This document shows positions 52,719 through 63,903 of a DNA stretch of 64,000 nucleotides, one piece after another. The notes beneath the pieces are model-generated. The model was not told the DNA's origin. It saw nothing but the letters and a program-made list of their open reading frames with translations, and ran no database searches. The translations under genes were made by a program, and so were the position numbers. How positions within the stretch are numbered: the stretch's first letter is position 1; the number at the start of each line of letters is the position of its first letter. The stretch is from Pseudonocardia sp. (GTDB lineage Bacteria; Actinomycetota; Actinomycetes; Mycobacteriales; Pseudonocardiaceae), in NCBI GenBank assembly GCA_043716935.1, contig JAYSXW010000004.1:2399-66398 (forward strand), written 5' to 3'.

Positions 52719-54437
52719 TCAGTGGCGCGCGCGCTGCTTGATGCGCGCCGTCAGCTCCTGGACCTGCTCGAAGGTCTTGCGGCGCTGGGCGATCTCGTTG
52801 CGGATCTTCTTGTCCGCGTGCATGACGGTGGTGTGGTCGCGGCCGCCGAACATCTGCCCGATCTTGGGCAGCGACAGGTCGGTCAGCTCGCGACACAGGT
52901 ACATCGCGATCTGCCGCGCCTGCGCGAGCGCTTTGGTCTTTCCGGGCCCGCACATCTCGTCGATCGTGATGCCGAAGAAGTCGGCGGTGACGGCCATGAT
53001 CGTCGGCGCGGTGATTTCGGAGGCGCCGGAGTCGGGGATGAGGTCGCGCAGCACGATCTCGGCGAGTTGGGTGTCGACCGGCTGCCGGTTGAGCGACGCG
53101 AACGCGGTGACCCGGATCAACGCCCCCTCCAGCTCGCGGATGTTGCGCTCGATCCGCTCGGCGATGAACTCCAGGACGTCACCGGGGACGGCGAGCCGGT
53201 CCTGCGCGGCCTTCTTCCGCAGGATAGCGATCCTCGTCTCCAGTTCGGGGGGCTGAATGTCGGTGATGAGGCCCCACTCGAACCGCGTTCGCATCCGGTC
53301 CTCGAGGGTCTCGAGCCGCTTGGGTGGCCGGTCCGACGACACGACGATCTGCTTGTTCGCGTTGTGCAGGGTGTTGAAGGTGTGGAAGAACTCCTCCTGG
53401 GTGCCCTCCTTGCCCTCCAGGAACTGGACGTCGTCCACCAGCAGCACGTCGACGTCGCGGTAGCGGCGCTGGAACGCGACCTTGCGGTCGTCGCGCAGGG
53501 AGTTGATGAAGTCGTTCGTGAACTCCTCGGTGCTCACGTACCGCACCCGCATCCCTGGGAACAGTCGCTGGGCGTAGTGGCCGACCGCATGCAGTAGATG
53601 GGTCTTGCCCAGGCCGGAGTCGCCCCAGATGAACAGCGGGTTGTACGCCCGGGCCGGCGCCTCGGCCACCGCGACGGCGGCGGCGTGGCTGAACCGGTTC
53701 GACGCACCGATGACGAACGTGTCGAAGATGTACTTCTCATTGAGACGGGTCTGGGAGCGCGGCTGCACCCGCTCGCTCGCCGGGACCCCGGAGTAGGTGG
53801 GCCACACGTCGGCGCCGCGACTGTCGAGCGCCCGGCCGTCGAGTTGCCGCTCGCCGAGCCGACGCACGTCGTGATGGCGGCTGTCGGGTTGCCGGCCGTC
53901 GAGGTGCGGATCATCCAGCTGGCTGCCACCGGGCCGGCGACCGTTCGGTGACCGGCCGTCGTGGTGGCGGTCCTGCTGGTGCTCGTCGGGTCCGGCGGTG
54001 CCGTGGTGGTGTGCGGTGCCGTTGAGGCCGTGCGGGCCGGAGAACGTCGTGCTGTCGTCGCTCGGAGCGCCGGGGTGGGACCCCGCGTCGGGGCCGTCGA
54101 GCGGCTCGGGTCGGATGCGCGGCGGATCGGGAACATCGGTGCCTCCGGCGGACGCCGACGCATCCACGACAACCGCGAGGTTGACCTGGACGCCGAGATG
54201 GCGGCTGAGGGCATCGCTGATGGGTCGGCGCAGGTTGCGCTCGATGGCGTCCTTGGCGAACTCGCTCGGGGCGGCGAGCAGTGCGGTGCCGTCGATGTGA
54301 CCGAGCGGCCGCGTGAGGCGCAGGAAAGCGCGCTGTTGGGACGAGAGCGCCTGGATCTCGGAGCCCGGTGATGCGCCCGAAAGGTCGGCGATGACCCGGT
54401 TCCAGACCTGCCCGAGATCTTGTGGTTGATCGGCCAC
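52719..54437 (-). CDS. dnaA: Chromosomal replication initiator DnaA
   Basis: GTG at 54437 with GGAGGAGG RBS; [28 protein letters not shown]. Confidence 0.98.
   Translation of the reverse strand: MADQPQDLGQVWNRVIADLSGASPGSEIQALSSQQRAFLRLTRPLGHIDGTALLAAPSEFAKDAIERNLRRPISDALSRHLGVQVNLAVVVDASASAGGTDVPDPPRIRPEPLDGPDAGSHPGAPSDDSTTFSGPHGLNGTAHHHGTAGPDEHQQDRHHDGRSPNGRRPGGSQLDDPHLDGRQPDSRHHDVRRLGERQLDGRALDSRGADVWPTYSGVPASERVQPRSQTRLNEKYIFDTFVIGASNRFSHAAAVAVAEAPARAYNPLFIWGDSGLGKTHLLHAVGHYAQRLFPGMRVRYVSTEEFTNDFINSLRDDRKVAFQRRYRDVDVLLVDDVQFLEGKEGTQEEFFHTFNTLHNANKQIVVSSDRPPKRLETLEDRMRTRFEWGLITDIQPPELETRIAILRKKAAQDRLAVPGDVLEFIAERIERNIRELEGALIRVTAFASLNRQPVDTQLAEIVLRDLIPDSGASEITAPTIMAVTADFFGITIDEMCGPGKTKALAQARQIAMYLCRELTDLSLPKIGQMFGGRDHTTVMHADKKIRNEIAQRRKTFEQVQELTARIKQRARH
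53803..53975 (-). repeat. 15-bp (pentapeptide) repeat with 60-bp higher-order period in DnaA domain II
   Basis: [50 protein letters not shown]; CCGGCCGTCG at 53832, 53892, 53952. Confidence 0.75.
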
Positions 54438-54607
54438 CGGCCCGTACCTCCTCCGGTCGTCGCCCCTGCCCTGCCAACTCGGAGCCGCGATCATCCCCAG
54501 AGGTGTCTACAGCTGTGCGCAGAACGGTACGCACCGCCACAAGGCGCCCGGCATGGAGGGCCCGCGCGACACGATCGGGCAACGGGACGACGAGGGCTCG
54601 GGGTGGT

Positions 54608-54637
54608 TTGACCGCTTGTCAGCGGGCTGCGTACCCT
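54608..54637 (+). promoter_or_regulatory. Sigma-70-type promoter of the rpmH operon
   Basis: TTGACC-N18-TACCCT in dnaA/rpmH divergent intergenic region. Confidence 0.55.
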
Positions 54638-54784
54638 GTCAATGGCCTCGTCTGCCACATCGTCGTATGCCGTCGTCCGCGACAGCGTGCGATGTCGGGT
54701 GAGCACCCCGCTCCACAGTCCAGAGATAACGCAGAATGATCGTCGACGGCCCCCACGCTGCGGCCGCCGACCAGGAGAGCCGTC

Positions 54785-54928
54785 GTGAGCAAGGGCAAGC
54801 GCACCTTCCAGCCGAACAACCGCCGCCGGGCCCGGACGCACGGCTTCCGGTTGCGGATGCGTACCCGAGCCGGTCGCGCCATCCTCGCTGCGCGGCGCGG
54901 CAAGGGCCGCGAGCGTCTCTCCGCCTGA
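54785..54928 (+). CDS. rpmH: 50S ribosomal protein L34 (not in ORF track)
   Basis: [47 protein letters not shown]. Confidence 0.98.
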   Translation: MSKGKRTFQPNNRRRARTHGFRLRMRTRAGRAILAARRGKGRERLSA

Positions 54929-54938
54929 CCGGCATCCG

Positions 54939-55352
54939 GTGTTGCCGGCCGAATCCCGGCTCACGCACCGGGATGAGTTCGCTTCCGTCATCCGGCGAGG
55001 CCGGCGCAGTGGGCACGTTCGTCTGGTGGTCCATCTCGGTCAGGGGCCCGTGGCTGATGGGCCCCGTGCGGGTTTGGTGGTGAGCAGGGCGGTCGGGGGT
55101 TCCGCGGTGCGCCACCGGGTGGCTCGCAGGTTGCGGCATCTCATCGCATCGCGCCTGCGCGATCTTCCCCCGGGGGTCCGGATCGTGATTCGGGCTCTGC
55201 CGCCCGCCGCATCCGCCCCGTCCGTCGATCTGGGACGGGACCTCGACGCCGGCCTGCGCCGTACGCTGCGCAAGCTCGCTGAGCCGGCAGGCGAATCGTC
55301 GTCACCGCGCATCGCGCGGTGCTCGACCGAGCGCCGCGACGGAGTGCGATGA
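54939..55352 (+). CDS. rnpA: Ribonuclease P protein component
   Basis: MLPAESRL..EF..V.R.G, GLVVSRAVG.SAVRHRVARRLRH. Confidence 0.95.
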   Translation: MLPAESRLTHRDEFASVIRRGRRSGHVRLVVHLGQGPVADGPRAGLVVSRAVGGSAVRHRVARRLRHLIASRLRDLPPGVRIVIRALPPAASAPSVDLGRDLDAGLRRTLRKLAEPAGESSSPRIARCSTERRDGVR

Positions 55353-55618
55353 GCATCATCACCCGATTTCTGGTCGCTGTGCTGCGCGGCTACCAGACCT
55401 ACGTCTCACCCGCCCTTCCTCCGTCCTGCCGCTTCTACCCCACGTGCAGTGCCTACGCGATGGAGGCGTTGCAGTTGCGCGGTGTGATGGTGGGCTCCTG
55501 GCTCACGCTCGTCCGGCTGCTGCGCTGCGCGCCGTGGCACCCTGGAGGTATCGACCCGGTGCCGCAGCGCCGTCCCCGCCCGGCCCGGAACCACCACGAG
55601 GAGCAAGCGCCGTGCTGA
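55349..55618 (+). CDS. yidD: Membrane protein insertion efficiency factor YidD
   Basis: YQ..SP..PPSCRFYPTCS.YA, RLLRC.PWHPGG.DPVP. Confidence 0.95.
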   Translation: MSIITRFLVAVLRGYQTYVSPALPPSCRFYPTCSAYAMEALQLRGVMVGSWLTLVRLLRCAPWHPGGIDPVPQRRPRPARNHHEEQAPC

Positions 55619-56850
55619 ACTTCATCTACTATCCGGTCTCCTTCATCCTCTGGTTCTGGCACAAGGCGTTCGGTTTCGTCTTCGGCGACGCCACCGGCAT
55701 CTCGTGGGCCCTCTCGGTGATGTTCCTGGTCTTCACCCTGCGAGCGATCCTCTACAAGCCGTTCGTCGCGCAGGTGCGCTCGATGCGCAAGATGCAGGCG
55801 TTCCAGCCCGAGTTGGCCAAACTTCGCAAGAAGCACGCCAACGACAAGGCCAAGCAGGCCGAGGAGATGCAGCGGCTCCAGAAGGAACACGGCGTCAACC
55901 CGCTCGCCGGCTGCCTCCCCGTCGTGGTCCAGGTGCCGGTGTTCATCGGCCTGTTCCACGTGCTCCGATCGTTCAACCCGGTGCTGATCAATGGTGCACC
56001 ACGCACCGACAACTACTTCTTCGACGCCCAGGGCGTCGCGTCGTTCAACGCAGCCGACCTCTTCGGGGCGAAGCTGGGCGCGTGGGTGACGCAAGGACCC
56101 GAGGTGCTCGAGGCGGTCGGGACCTCGATTGCAGCCATGATCATCGTGATGGCGCCACTGATGATCGCAGCCGGCATCTTCACCCACATCACGGCCCGCC
56201 ACTCGGTGGCCCGCCAGACCGCGGCGCAGGGGGACAACCCGCAGACCGCGATCATGAACAAGCTGATGCTGTACGTCTTCCCCATCGGTGTCGTCGTCGG
56301 AGCGCCGTTCCTGCCACTCGCGGTCCTGCTGTACTGGGTCTCGAACAACCTGTGGACGCTGGGCCAGCAGTACATCGTCTACCGGCGCATCGATGCCGAG
56401 GAGACCGACAAGCGCGAGCTGACGGCCACCACCCGCCAGTCGCTGGCGCCGAAGCCAGGGCAGAAGCCTGTCCGGCCCGAGGTGGTCGAGCCCACCGTCG
56501 ACGAGTCGAAGCCCAAGACGCCCGGGGCGAAACCTGTCGTGCGCAAGCCGCAGCCCGGCCAGCGCCCCGTGTCGACGTCGAAGAACGGCGCGACTCGGAA
56601 CGGGGCCTCGACCAACGGGGCTTCGGCCAACGGAGCCTCGACCAACGGTGCTCCGACTCCCGACGGTGCGGCGACTGCCAACGGTGCGGCGAGCGCCGAG
56701 GGTGTGGCGACCACTGAGGGTGCAGCGACCACCAACGGTGCCGCGAACGGGTCCGCCGCGAAGTCCGGCTCGAGTGCCAACGGCACCGCCGGCAGCACGG
56801 CAGGCGCTCGCAACGGCGGCCGGAATCAGCGGACCCGCAAGCGTCGCTGA
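55612..56850 (+). CDS. yidC: Membrane protein insertase YidC with low-complexity C-terminal tail
   Basis: GVNPLAGCLP..VQ.PVFIGL, LLYW.SNN.WT..QQ. Confidence 0.95.
   Translation: MLNFIYYPVSFILWFWHKAFGFVFGDATGISWALSVMFLVFTLRAILYKPFVAQVRSMRKMQAFQPELAKLRKKHANDKAKQAEEMQRLQKEHGVNPLAGCLPVVVQVPVFIGLFHVLRSFNPVLINGAPRTDNYFFDAQGVASFNAADLFGAKLGAWVTQGPEVLEAVGTSIAAMIIVMAPLMIAAGIFTHITARHSVARQTAAQGDNPQTAIMNKLMLYVFPIGVVVGAPFLPLAVLLYWVSNNLWTLGQQYIVYRRIDAEETDKRELTATTRQSLAPKPGQKPVRPEVVEPTVDESKPKTPGAKPVVRKPQPGQRPVSTSKNGATRNGASTNGASANGASTNGAPTPDGAATANGAASAEGVATTEGAATTNGAANGSAAKSGSSANGTAGSTAGARNGGRNQRTRKRR
56581..56760 (+). repeat. 15-bp then 18-bp repeats encoding (ASTNG)n/(AATxNG)n tail of YidC
   Basis: AACGG recurs at 15-bp spacing from 56584, then 18-bp spacing. 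Confidence 0.7.
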
Positions 56851-56929
56851 CCGCGAACCATCGGCGGTCGCTCGCGAGAGCAGCCGCAGCGGCGCATGCG
56901 CCGCACCCGTTTCGGAGAGGAGACGCATC

Positions 56930-57445
56930 GTGCCGAAGACTGCGCAGGACGGCGCCACGGAGACCGCCCCCATCGGTGCTGAGGACCAGTTGGTGCGCGA
57001 AGGCGACATCGCCGGGGACTACCTCGAGCGGCTGCTCGACGTCCTCGACTACGACGGCGACATCGACCTCGACGTCGAGGTGGGCCGGGCCATCGTCAGC
57101 ATCGATGGCAGCGAGGACCTTGCGAAGCTCGTCGGTGACCGTGGGGCCGTACTGGAGGCGCTGCAGGAGCTCACCCGCCTCGCGGTCCAGCAGTCCTCCG
57201 GAAATCGCAGTCGGCTCATGCTCGACATCGCCGGCTGGCGGCAGGGTCGGCGTGACGAGCTCACCGAGCTGGGCCTCCGCACCGCCCGGGAGGTCGTCGA
57301 CTCCGGCGAGTCGGCACGGCTGCGCCCGATGACCCCGTTCGAGCGCAAGGTCGTGCACGACGCCGTCGCCGGGGTGAAGGGGGTGTCGAGCGAGAGTGAG
57401 GGCGAGGAACCGCGGCGGCAGGTCATCGTCTTCCGCAGTGCCTGA
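56930..57445 (+). CDS. jag: Jag/KhpB family KH + R3H RNA-binding protein
   Basis: [42 protein letters not shown]. Confidence 0.92.
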   Translation: MPKTAQDGATETAPIGAEDQLVREGDIAGDYLERLLDVLDYDGDIDLDVEVGRAIVSIDGSEDLAKLVGDRGAVLEALQELTRLAVQQSSGNRSRLMLDIAGWRQGRRDELTELGLRTAREVVDSGESARLRPMTPFERKVVHDAVAGVKGVSSESEGEEPRRQVIVFRSA

Positions 57446-58106
57446 GGCGCCGGCGCCGGCGGCCATCGATCCCGTCTTCGGGAATCGAGTGGCCCTGGCT
57501 CGGCGCTACGCCGACCACCTCATCACCTCCGGCGTCGAGCGTGGCTTGATCGGCCCTCACGAAGCGCCGCGCGTATGGGATCGGCACGTCCTGAACTGTG
57601 CGGTCGTCGCCGAACTCGTGCCGGACGGCGCGCGACTGGTGGACGTGGGTTCGGGTGCGGGCCTGCCCGGGATACCGTTGGCTCTTGCTCGGCCCGATCT
57701 GGCGGTCGTCCTCGTCGAACCACTCGCTCGTCGTGTGGAGTGGCTCCGTGAGGTCATTGCCGACCTGGGCCTGACGATCGAGGTCGAGCGGGGTCGGGCG
57801 GAGGAGGTCGCCGTGCGGCGGCGGTGGGAGGGAGCCGACGTGGTCACCGCACGCGCTGTCGCTCCCCTGTACCGTCTCGTCGACTGGAGCCTCCCCCTGC
57901 TGCGCACCGGCGGAAGGGTGCTCGCCGTGAAGGGTGCCAGTGCGGCCGAGGAGATCGAACGGGATGCGGCTGTGGTCCGACGGCTCGGCGGCGGTCCGGC
58001 TCGGATCGAACGTTGCGGCCTGGGCATCGTCGATCCGCCGAGCACCGTGGTCGTCGTCGAGCGGACGGCAATCGACCGACCGCGACGCAGGAGAGGGCAG
58101 GCGTGA
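57438..58106 (+). CDS. rsmG: 16S rRNA m7G527 methyltransferase
   Basis: [30 protein letters not shown]. Confidence 0.95.
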   Translation: MPEAPAPAAIDPVFGNRVALARRYADHLITSGVERGLIGPHEAPRVWDRHVLNCAVVAELVPDGARLVDVGSGAGLPGIPLALARPDLAVVLVEPLARRVEWLREVIADLGLTIEVERGRAEEVAVRRRWEGADVVTARAVAPLYRLVDWSLPLLRTGGRVLAVKGASAAEEIERDAAVVRRLGGGPARIERCGLGIVDPPSTVVVVERTAIDRPRRRRGQA

Positions 58107-59032
58107 CGTTCAACGTTTCCGATGTTTCACGTGAAACACCCGGCTGGACGCCCATCGCCGAGGAGGCGGAGCGGGCGGCCCGGGTACTGCATCCTGACCG
58201 CCACGGTATGCCGCGGCCGTCGCACCGGCGGGTGCTGACGGTCGCGAACCAGAAGGGTGGCGTCGGTAAGACCACCAGCGCCGTGAACCTCGCGGCCGCT
58301 CTCGCGATGCATGGCGTGCGCGTGTTGGTGATCGACCTGGACCCGCAGGGCAACGCCAGCACCGCCCTGGGCGTGGAGCACCGGCTGGGTACCGCGTCGG
58401 TGTACGAGGTATTGCTGGGTGAGATCCGGCTGGCCGAGGCCGCAGTACCGAGTACGGCGTCGCCGAACCTGCTGTGTGTACCTGCCACGATCGACCTGGC
58501 CGGTGCCGAGATCGAGCTCGTGAGCATGGTGGCGCGGGAGAACCGGCTCAAGCAGGCGCTGTCGTCCGAGGCGCTCGACGAGCTCGCCGTCGACTACGTC
58601 TTCATCGACTGTCCGCCTTCGCTGGGCCTGCTCACCGTGAACGCGTTGGTTGCGGCGGCCGAGGTCCTCATCCCCATCCAGTGCGAGTACTACGCGCTGG
58701 AGGGGCTCGGGCAGTTGCTGAGCAACATCGACCTCGTGCGTTCACACCTCAACACCGCCCTGCACGTCTCCACCATCCTGCTGACGATGTACGACGGTCG
58801 TACGAAGTTGGCCGACCAGGTCACCAACGAGGTGCGCAGTCACTTCGGGTCCGTCGCGTTGCGCACGGTTATCCCGCGCAGCGTCAAGGTGTCGGAGGCG
58901 CCGGGCTACAGCCAGACGGTGTTGGCCTACGATCCAGGGTCGCGCGGTGCGATGAGCTATGTCGATGCGGCGCGCGAGATCTCCGAGCGGGGGGCGTCGA
59001 TGGACGTGCCTCGGGAGCGGGACGGGCGGTAG
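58103..59032 (+). CDS. parA: Chromosome partitioning ATPase ParA
   Basis: [25 protein letters not shown]. Confidence 0.96.
   Translation: MTFNVSDVSRETPGWTPIAEEAERAARVLHPDRHGMPRPSHRRVLTVANQKGGVGKTTSAVNLAAALAMHGVRVLVIDLDPQGNASTALGVEHRLGTASVYEVLLGEIRLAEAAVPSTASPNLLCVPATIDLAGAEIELVSMVARENRLKQALSSEALDELAVDYVFIDCPPSLGLLTVNALVAAAEVLIPIQCEYYALEGLGQLLSNIDLVRSHLNTALHVSTILLTMYDGRTKLADQVTNEVRSHFGSVALRTVIPRSVKVSEAPGYSQTVLAYDPGSRGAMSYVDAAREISERGASMDVPRERDGR
58123..58138. promoter_or_regulatory. parS: parS site inside parA 5' end
   Basis: Perfect TGTTTCACGTGAAACA. Confidence 0.92.
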
Positions 59033-59036
59033 GGAC

Positions 59037-60050
59037 ATGGCGGAGCAGGGATCGATGCCGCACCAGCGAAAGGGGGGCCTCGGTCGTGGTCTCGCGGCCC
59101 TGATCCCCACGAGTCCGACCACCGGTTCGGCCGCGATCGATCTGTCGCTGCGTCAACCCGATTTCATGACCTCCAGCCAGGAGTATCTCGACGCCGGGCG
59201 GTCACAGGACAAGATCGCCACAGCTGCTCCCCGACCGGTTGGTGGCGCGGAGTACCGCGAGATCGAGATCACGACCGTGCGGCCCAACCACGCGCAGCCC
59301 CGGACCTCGTTCGACGAGGAGGCGCTTGCTGAGCTGGAGCACTCCATCCGTGCGTTCGGGCTGCTCCAGCCGATCGTCGTGCGCGAGACCTCTCCCGGCT
59401 CCTACGAGCTGGTCATGGGCGAGCGGCGGTGGCGGGCTGCCCAGCGGGTCGGGCTGACCCACGTCCCGGCCATCGTCCGCCACACCGGGGACGACGCCAT
59501 GCTCCGTGACGCTCTGTTGGAGAACATCCATCGTGTCCAGCTCAACCCACTCGACGAGGCGGCGGCTTACGAGCAGCTGCTCGGCGAGTTCGGGGTGACG
59601 CACACCGAGCTCGCCGACCGTCTCGGCCGGAGCCGACCGGTCGTCACCAACACGATCCGGTTGCTCAAGCTGCCGGTGTCGGTTCAGCGGCGGGTAGCTG
59701 CCGGTGTGCTGTCAGCGGGCCACGCTCGTGCACTGCTCGGTGTCGAGGAGGTCGGGCGGCAGGAGGAGCTCGCGGCACGCGTCGTTGCGGAGGGTATGTC
59801 GGTGCGAGCCACTGAAGAGGCCGTCGTCCTGCTGCGATCGGAGAAGTCACCCGCGGCCAAGCCCGTCCGGCGACGGCCGATGCAGGCTCCGGGCCTCCTG
59901 GACCTCGCCGAACGCCTTTCCGACACCTTCGACACGCGTGTGAAGGTCGAGCTCGGTCAGCGCAAGGGCCGGATCGTGGTGGAGTTCGGATCCGTGGAGG
60001 ATCTCGAGCGCATCGCGCGCCTCATGGGCGGCCCGACCTCCGGCAGCTGA
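59037..60050 (+). CDS. parB: Chromosome partitioning protein ParB
   Basis: [31 protein letters not shown]. Confidence 0.96.
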   Translation: MAEQGSMPHQRKGGLGRGLAALIPTSPTTGSAAIDLSLRQPDFMTSSQEYLDAGRSQDKIATAAPRPVGGAEYREIEITTVRPNHAQPRTSFDEEALAELEHSIRAFGLLQPIVVRETSPGSYELVMGERRWRAAQRVGLTHVPAIVRHTGDDAMLRDALLENIHRVQLNPLDEAAAYEQLLGEFGVTHTELADRLGRSRPVVTNTIRLLKLPVSVQRRVAAGVLSAGHARALLGVEEVGRQEELAARVVAEGMSVRATEEAVVLLRSEKSPAAKPVRRRPMQAPGLLDLAERLSDTFDTRVKVELGQRKGRIVVEFGSVEDLERIARLMGGPTSGS

Positions 60051-60052
60051 GA

Positions 60053-60068
60053 TGTTTCACGTGAAACG
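60053..60068. promoter_or_regulatory. parS: parS site immediately after parB
   Basis: TGTTTCACGTGAAACG. Confidence 0.9.
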
Positions 60069-60433
60069 CGCCACGGCTCGTTCCACGAGTGCCGCGTGGA
60101 ATACCAGCCTCCACCCTACCGTTGGGAGGCCAGCTGGAGGTGGCCGCGCCCGCGGTGGCACCCCGCGGTCCGCGTCGTGAACCTCTGCGGAGGTGTGAGA
60201 CAGCCGGCCGTGGTCGGATGGACGTCGGTGTCTTCAGGAGCCGGGCCTGCGGGCACACGGAAAAGGGCTGAGACCCATATGGGGGTAACCGGATCGGACG
60301 AATGTCGTGCCCTTCGTCGTGGATGGGACACCGGTCGCAGCAGCCGGGGTGTCGTGCGGAGCTGGATCGATCTATCGTTGACACCGGCGCGTTGGCGTCG
60401 CCATCCTCGACCGCCCGCCCGGAGGTTCCCGTC

Positions 60434-61111
60434 TTGTCCTGGCACGTCGCGCCGATCACTCTGGACAATCTGGATGATCTTCCCAAAAGGTGCCGTCGGT
60501 GCGTCTTCTGGGAGTTGTCGGAGCATCTCGGTAAGCAGGCCGCCGACTTCGGGTCCACGGAACTCGAGAAGGAGGCCTGGGTCTCCGAGGTTCTGCTCGA
60601 GTGGGGTTCGTGCGGGCGGATCGTCCACATGGCGGGGGTACCAGCCGGATACGTCATGTATGCACCGCCGTCGGCGGTACCGCGGGCGTCGGAGATGCCC
60701 ACCGGCCCGGTCAGTGCTGACGCCGTACTGCTCACCACCATGCAGGTCATCCCCGAGTTCGCGGGAGAGGGTCTGGGGCGGTTGCTGGCCCAGGCGGTCG
60801 TCAAGGACCTCACCCGGCGCGGGGTCAGAGCGATCGAGGTGTTCGGCGAGCAGCGACCCGGGAGCGAGCCGGGCTGCCTCATCCCCACAGACTTCCTGCG
60901 CGATGTCGGATTCAAGACCATCCGCCCGCATCCTCGCTGGCCGCGGCTGAGGATGGAGCTGCGTTCAGGCATCACGTGGAAGGAGGACGTGGAGGCCGCA
61001 CTCGAGCAGTTGCTCGGCACGATCACGGTCCCGATGCAGGCCGCCGCGCCGGTAGCGCGTGTACCCACCCGTACGCCAACGCCGGCCAGAGGCCTTCTCG
61101 GAGCGCCCTGA
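60434..61111 (+). CDS. GNAT family acetyltransferase (Rv3916c-like)
   Basis: TTG with GGAGG RBS; CRRCVFWEL, KEAWVS.VLLEWGSCG, G.GLGR.L, HP..PRLRMEL. Confidence 0.85.
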   Translation: MSWHVAPITLDNLDDLPKRCRRCVFWELSEHLGKQAADFGSTELEKEAWVSEVLLEWGSCGRIVHMAGVPAGYVMYAPPSAVPRASEMPTGPVSADAVLLTTMQVIPEFAGEGLGRLLAQAVVKDLTRRGVRAIEVFGEQRPGSEPGCLIPTDFLRDVGFKTIRPHPRWPRLRMELRSGITWKEDVEAALEQLLGTITVPMQAAAPVARVPTRTPTPARGLLGAP

Positions 61112-61171
61112 GAGCGACGGAGCGGGCCTGACCGGGAGCGGTGCGAACCGTAACATTCACCCGAGACCCGA

Positions 61172-62329
61172 TCAGATGGCCTGTGCGCCGCCGCGTTCGA
61201 GTTCGCGGGCCAGGACGTCGGAGAACGTGAAGGTGCCGGTGGGCTGGTCGTCCTGCCCGAGGAGGTAGAGCCGCTTGACCGCGACGAGGATGCCTTCGGC
61301 TACGACGTCACGGAACACGGGGTCCATCAGCCGACGCAGATCACCGATGTGGGAGATGTAGCCGACCTCTATGCGCACGGCCGGCATCCGGGTCAGCCTC
61401 AGCAGTTCCCAGGTGCGACCCTGCGAGCGGCAGTCGAGCATCGACGTGCGCATGAGCAGCTCGCGTTGGATGAACCCGGCGAGCGCCTCCCCCACCGTCG
61501 ACGTCGCGCCCGATCCGTTGCCGAAGTGGAACGTGGCAAGACCCTGCGCGAGCATGCTCGGGTTGGCGTCGGTGTGCAGCGACAGCACGAGATCCGCCCC
61601 GGCGTTGTTGGCGAACGCCGCCCGCTCGGCCTCCGGAGGGCAGGTGTCTTCCTGCCGCGAGAGCATCGCGTCCATGCCGGTGGCCGACATCCGGCCGACG
61701 ACGCGACGGGCGAGGTCCCACATCAGCTCGGCCTCGGCGACGCCCCCGGCGGCGACGCCACGGTCGAGCCCGCCGTGACCGGGGTCGACGACGATCCGCT
61801 TGCCCCGCAGCCGTGGCCCGGCCTGGCGCAGCAGCTCCTGCTCGCGCATCAGGCGGGGACGACCACCGGTGACCTTGCGGCCCAGCTGCTTGAGTGCGCG
61901 CAACGTGGCCGGCCCGCACAGGCCGTCCGGGACGAGGCCGTACTCACGCTGGAAGCGGCGCAGGGCGTGCTCGGTCTGTTCGTCGAACACTCCACCAGGA
62001 CGGCCCGGGTCGAAGCCGAGCTCGGAGAGCCGCTCCTGCAGCGTGACGACGTCGTCCCCGCTCATCGGCGCGGAGATCATCAGCGCGAGCATGCGATCGC
62101 CGAGCGTCCAGCCGGCCTCGCGCATGGCGCGGTACGTGGCAGGACCGACAATGCCGTCGGTGATGAGGCCCCGCTGTTGTTGGAAGGCCCGCACCGCGTC
62201 CTCGACCTGGGCGTCGAACCGGGTATCGTCCAGCCCGAGCCGGGCCGGCGGGATCAGGCCGAACCGTTGCAGGGTGGTCCGGATCTCGACGACAGCCGGA
62301 CCGGTGTCACCTCGGCGCAGCAGCTGCAT
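61172..62329 (-). CDS. cwlM: CwlM: two peptidoglycan-binding domains + Amidase_3
   Basis: FQQQRGL..DGIVGP.T; DPGHGG; SLH.D; syntenic with trxA/trxB. Confidence 0.93.
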   Translation of the reverse strand: MQLLRRGDTGPAVVEIRTTLQRFGLIPPARLGLDDTRFDAQVEDAVRAFQQQRGLITDGIVGPATYRAMREAGWTLGDRMLALMISAPMSGDDVVTLQERLSELGFDPGRPGGVFDEQTEHALRRFQREYGLVPDGLCGPATLRALKQLGRKVTGGRPRLMREQELLRQAGPRLRGKRIVVDPGHGGLDRGVAAGGVAEAELMWDLARRVVGRMSATGMDAMLSRQEDTCPPEAERAAFANNAGADLVLSLHTDANPSMLAQGLATFHFGNGSGATSTVGEALAGFIQRELLMRTSMLDCRSQGRTWELLRLTRMPAVRIEVGYISHIGDLRRLMDPVFRDVVAEGILVAVKRLYLLGQDDQPTGTFTFSDVLARELERGGAQAI

Positions 62330-62480
62330 GCACCCCTCGCTCGCTCGGTCGTGCAGTACTGACGTGCGCCCGCGCTCGGCACGCGCAGCCACCCGGACGG
62401 CGCCGGGCAGGCACCATTGTGCCCTGCGGCCGCTCGCCCGAGGCACAGCGGGCCACCGCCCGACGGGGCCGGGCCGTGAT

Positions 62481-62527
62481 ACGACGACGGCCCCGCCCCG
62501 GGGATTCCGGGAGCGGGGCATCGTCGT
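62481..62527 (-). terminator. Imperfect hairpin downstream of trxA
   Basis: ACGACG..GCCCCGC / GCGGGGC..CGTCGT arms. Confidence 0.55.
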
Positions 62528-62538
62528 GACGCGGCCGA

Positions 62539-62868
62539 TCAGGTCAGGTAGTCGGCGAGGTCCGAGAGCAGCGCGGCCTTCGGCTTGGCCCCGACGATCT
62601 GCTTGACCGGCTTGCCGTCCTGGAACACGATCATCATCGGGATCGACTTGATCTGGTAGTCCCGGGCCGTCGACGGGTTGACGTCGATGTCGAGCTTCGC
62701 GACCGTCAGCTTCTCGGTGTTCTCACCGGCGATCTCGTCGAGCACGGGGGCGATCATCTTGCACGGCCCACACCAGGTCGCCCAGAAGTCGACGACGACG
62801 GTCTTGTTGCTCTTCAGGACGACCGCGTCGAAGGTGGCGTCGGTGACGTCGACGGTGTTCTTGCTCAT
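62539..62868 (-). CDS. trxA: Thioredoxin
   Basis: WCGPC active site. Confidence 0.97.
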   Translation of the reverse strand: MSKNTVDVTDATFDAVVLKSNKTVVVDFWATWCGPCKMIAPVLDEIAGENTEKLTVAKLDIDVNPSTARDYQIKSIPMMIVFQDGKPVKQIVGAKPKAALLSDLADYLT

Positions 62869-62904
62869 GCGGTTGTGCTCCGTTTCTGGTTGGACTCACC
62901 GGGT

Positions 62905-63903
62905 TCAGGCGAGGACTTCTGCGACCTGTTTGGAGGCGTGGCCGTAGCCACCGCCGGCGAGCTCGGCGTCGATCGGTACGTCGGCCAGCCAGCGTTCGGC
63001 GTCGATCGCCGCCGAACAGCCGGACCCGGCCGCGGTGACCGCCTGCCGGTAGGTGTGGTCGACGAGGTCGCCGCAGGCGAAGACGCCAGGCATCCCGGTC
63101 GATGTCGACGGCGCCGCGACGGTGACGTAGCCAGCATCGTCCGTGCCGAGCTGACCGCGCACGAGTTCGCTGCGCGGGTCATGTCCGATGGCGACGAACA
63201 TGCCGGTGACGTCCAGCGTGCGTTGCTGTCCGGTGCTCGTGTCACGCAGTCGCAGGCCCTGCACCTTGCCCTCGCCGAGCACCCCGACGACCTCGGAGTT
63301 CAGCTCCCAACGCATCTTCGGGTCCTGCCGGGCCCGCTCGAGCATGATCCGCGACGAACGAAACTCCTCGCGTCGGTGCACGACGGTCACGGAGCGGGCG
63401 AACCGGGTCAGGAACGTCGCTTCCTCCATCGCGGAGTCACCGCCGCCGACGACGGCGATGTCCTGGTCGCGGAAGAAAAATCCGTCGCAGGTGGCACAGG
63501 CGCTGACCCCGCGGCCGAGCAGCGTCTGCTCTCCGGGTACGCCCAGGTAGCGGGCGGCGGCGCCCATCGCGAGGATGACGGCGCGAGCGCGGTAGCTGAC
63601 GCCGTTGGCCATCACAGTCTTGACGTCGCCGGTCAGCGAGACCTCCTCGACGTCCTCCGATCGCAGCTCGGCGCCGAAGCGCATGGCCTGGCCGCGCATC
63701 TGCTCCATGAGGTCGGGTCCCATGATGCCGTCGGTGAAGCCGGGGTAGTTCTCGACCTCCGTGGTGGTCATCAGGGCGCCGCCGAACTGAGTGCCCTCGA
63801 ACACCAGCGGCCGCAGCTCGGCGCGGGCCGCGTAGACGGCCGCCGTGTAGCCGGCCGGACCGGACCCGATGATGATTAGTTCGCGCACCTCGTCAGTGGT
63901 CAC
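62905..63903 (-). CDS. trxB: Thioredoxin-disulfide reductase
   Basis: [23 protein letters not shown]. Confidence 0.97.
   Translation of the reverse strand: MTTDEVRELIIIGSGPAGYTAAVYAARAELRPLVFEGTQFGGALMTTTEVENYPGFTDGIMGPDLMEQMRGQAMRFGAELRSEDVEEVSLTGDVKTVMANGVSYRARAVILAMGAAARYLGVPGEQTLLGRGVSACATCDGFFFRDQDIAVVGGGDSAMEEATFLTRFARSVTVVHRREEFRSSRIMLERARQDPKMRWELNSEVVGVLGEGKVQGLRLRDTSTGQQRTLDVTGMFVAIGHDPRSELVRGQLGTDDAGYVTVAAPSTSTGMPGVFACGDLVDHTYRQAVTAAGSGCSAAIDAERWLADVPIDAELAGGGYGHASKQVAEVLA

Noticed and set aside
54491-54520. DnaA boxes in the dnaA promoter (TCATCCCCA, GTGTCTACA)
   Set aside because: Two or more mismatches each; plausible autoregulation but not supportable from sequence alone
55953-55966. 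GTTCCACGTGCTCC as a parS site (also 45655 region and 60964 region)
   Set aside because: Only about 10-11/14 match with a broken half-site; explained by coding sequence
60081-60101. TTCCACG-N7-CGTGGAA split parS-like palindrome
   Set aside because: A 7-bp insertion destroys parS geometry; at most a relic or small hairpin
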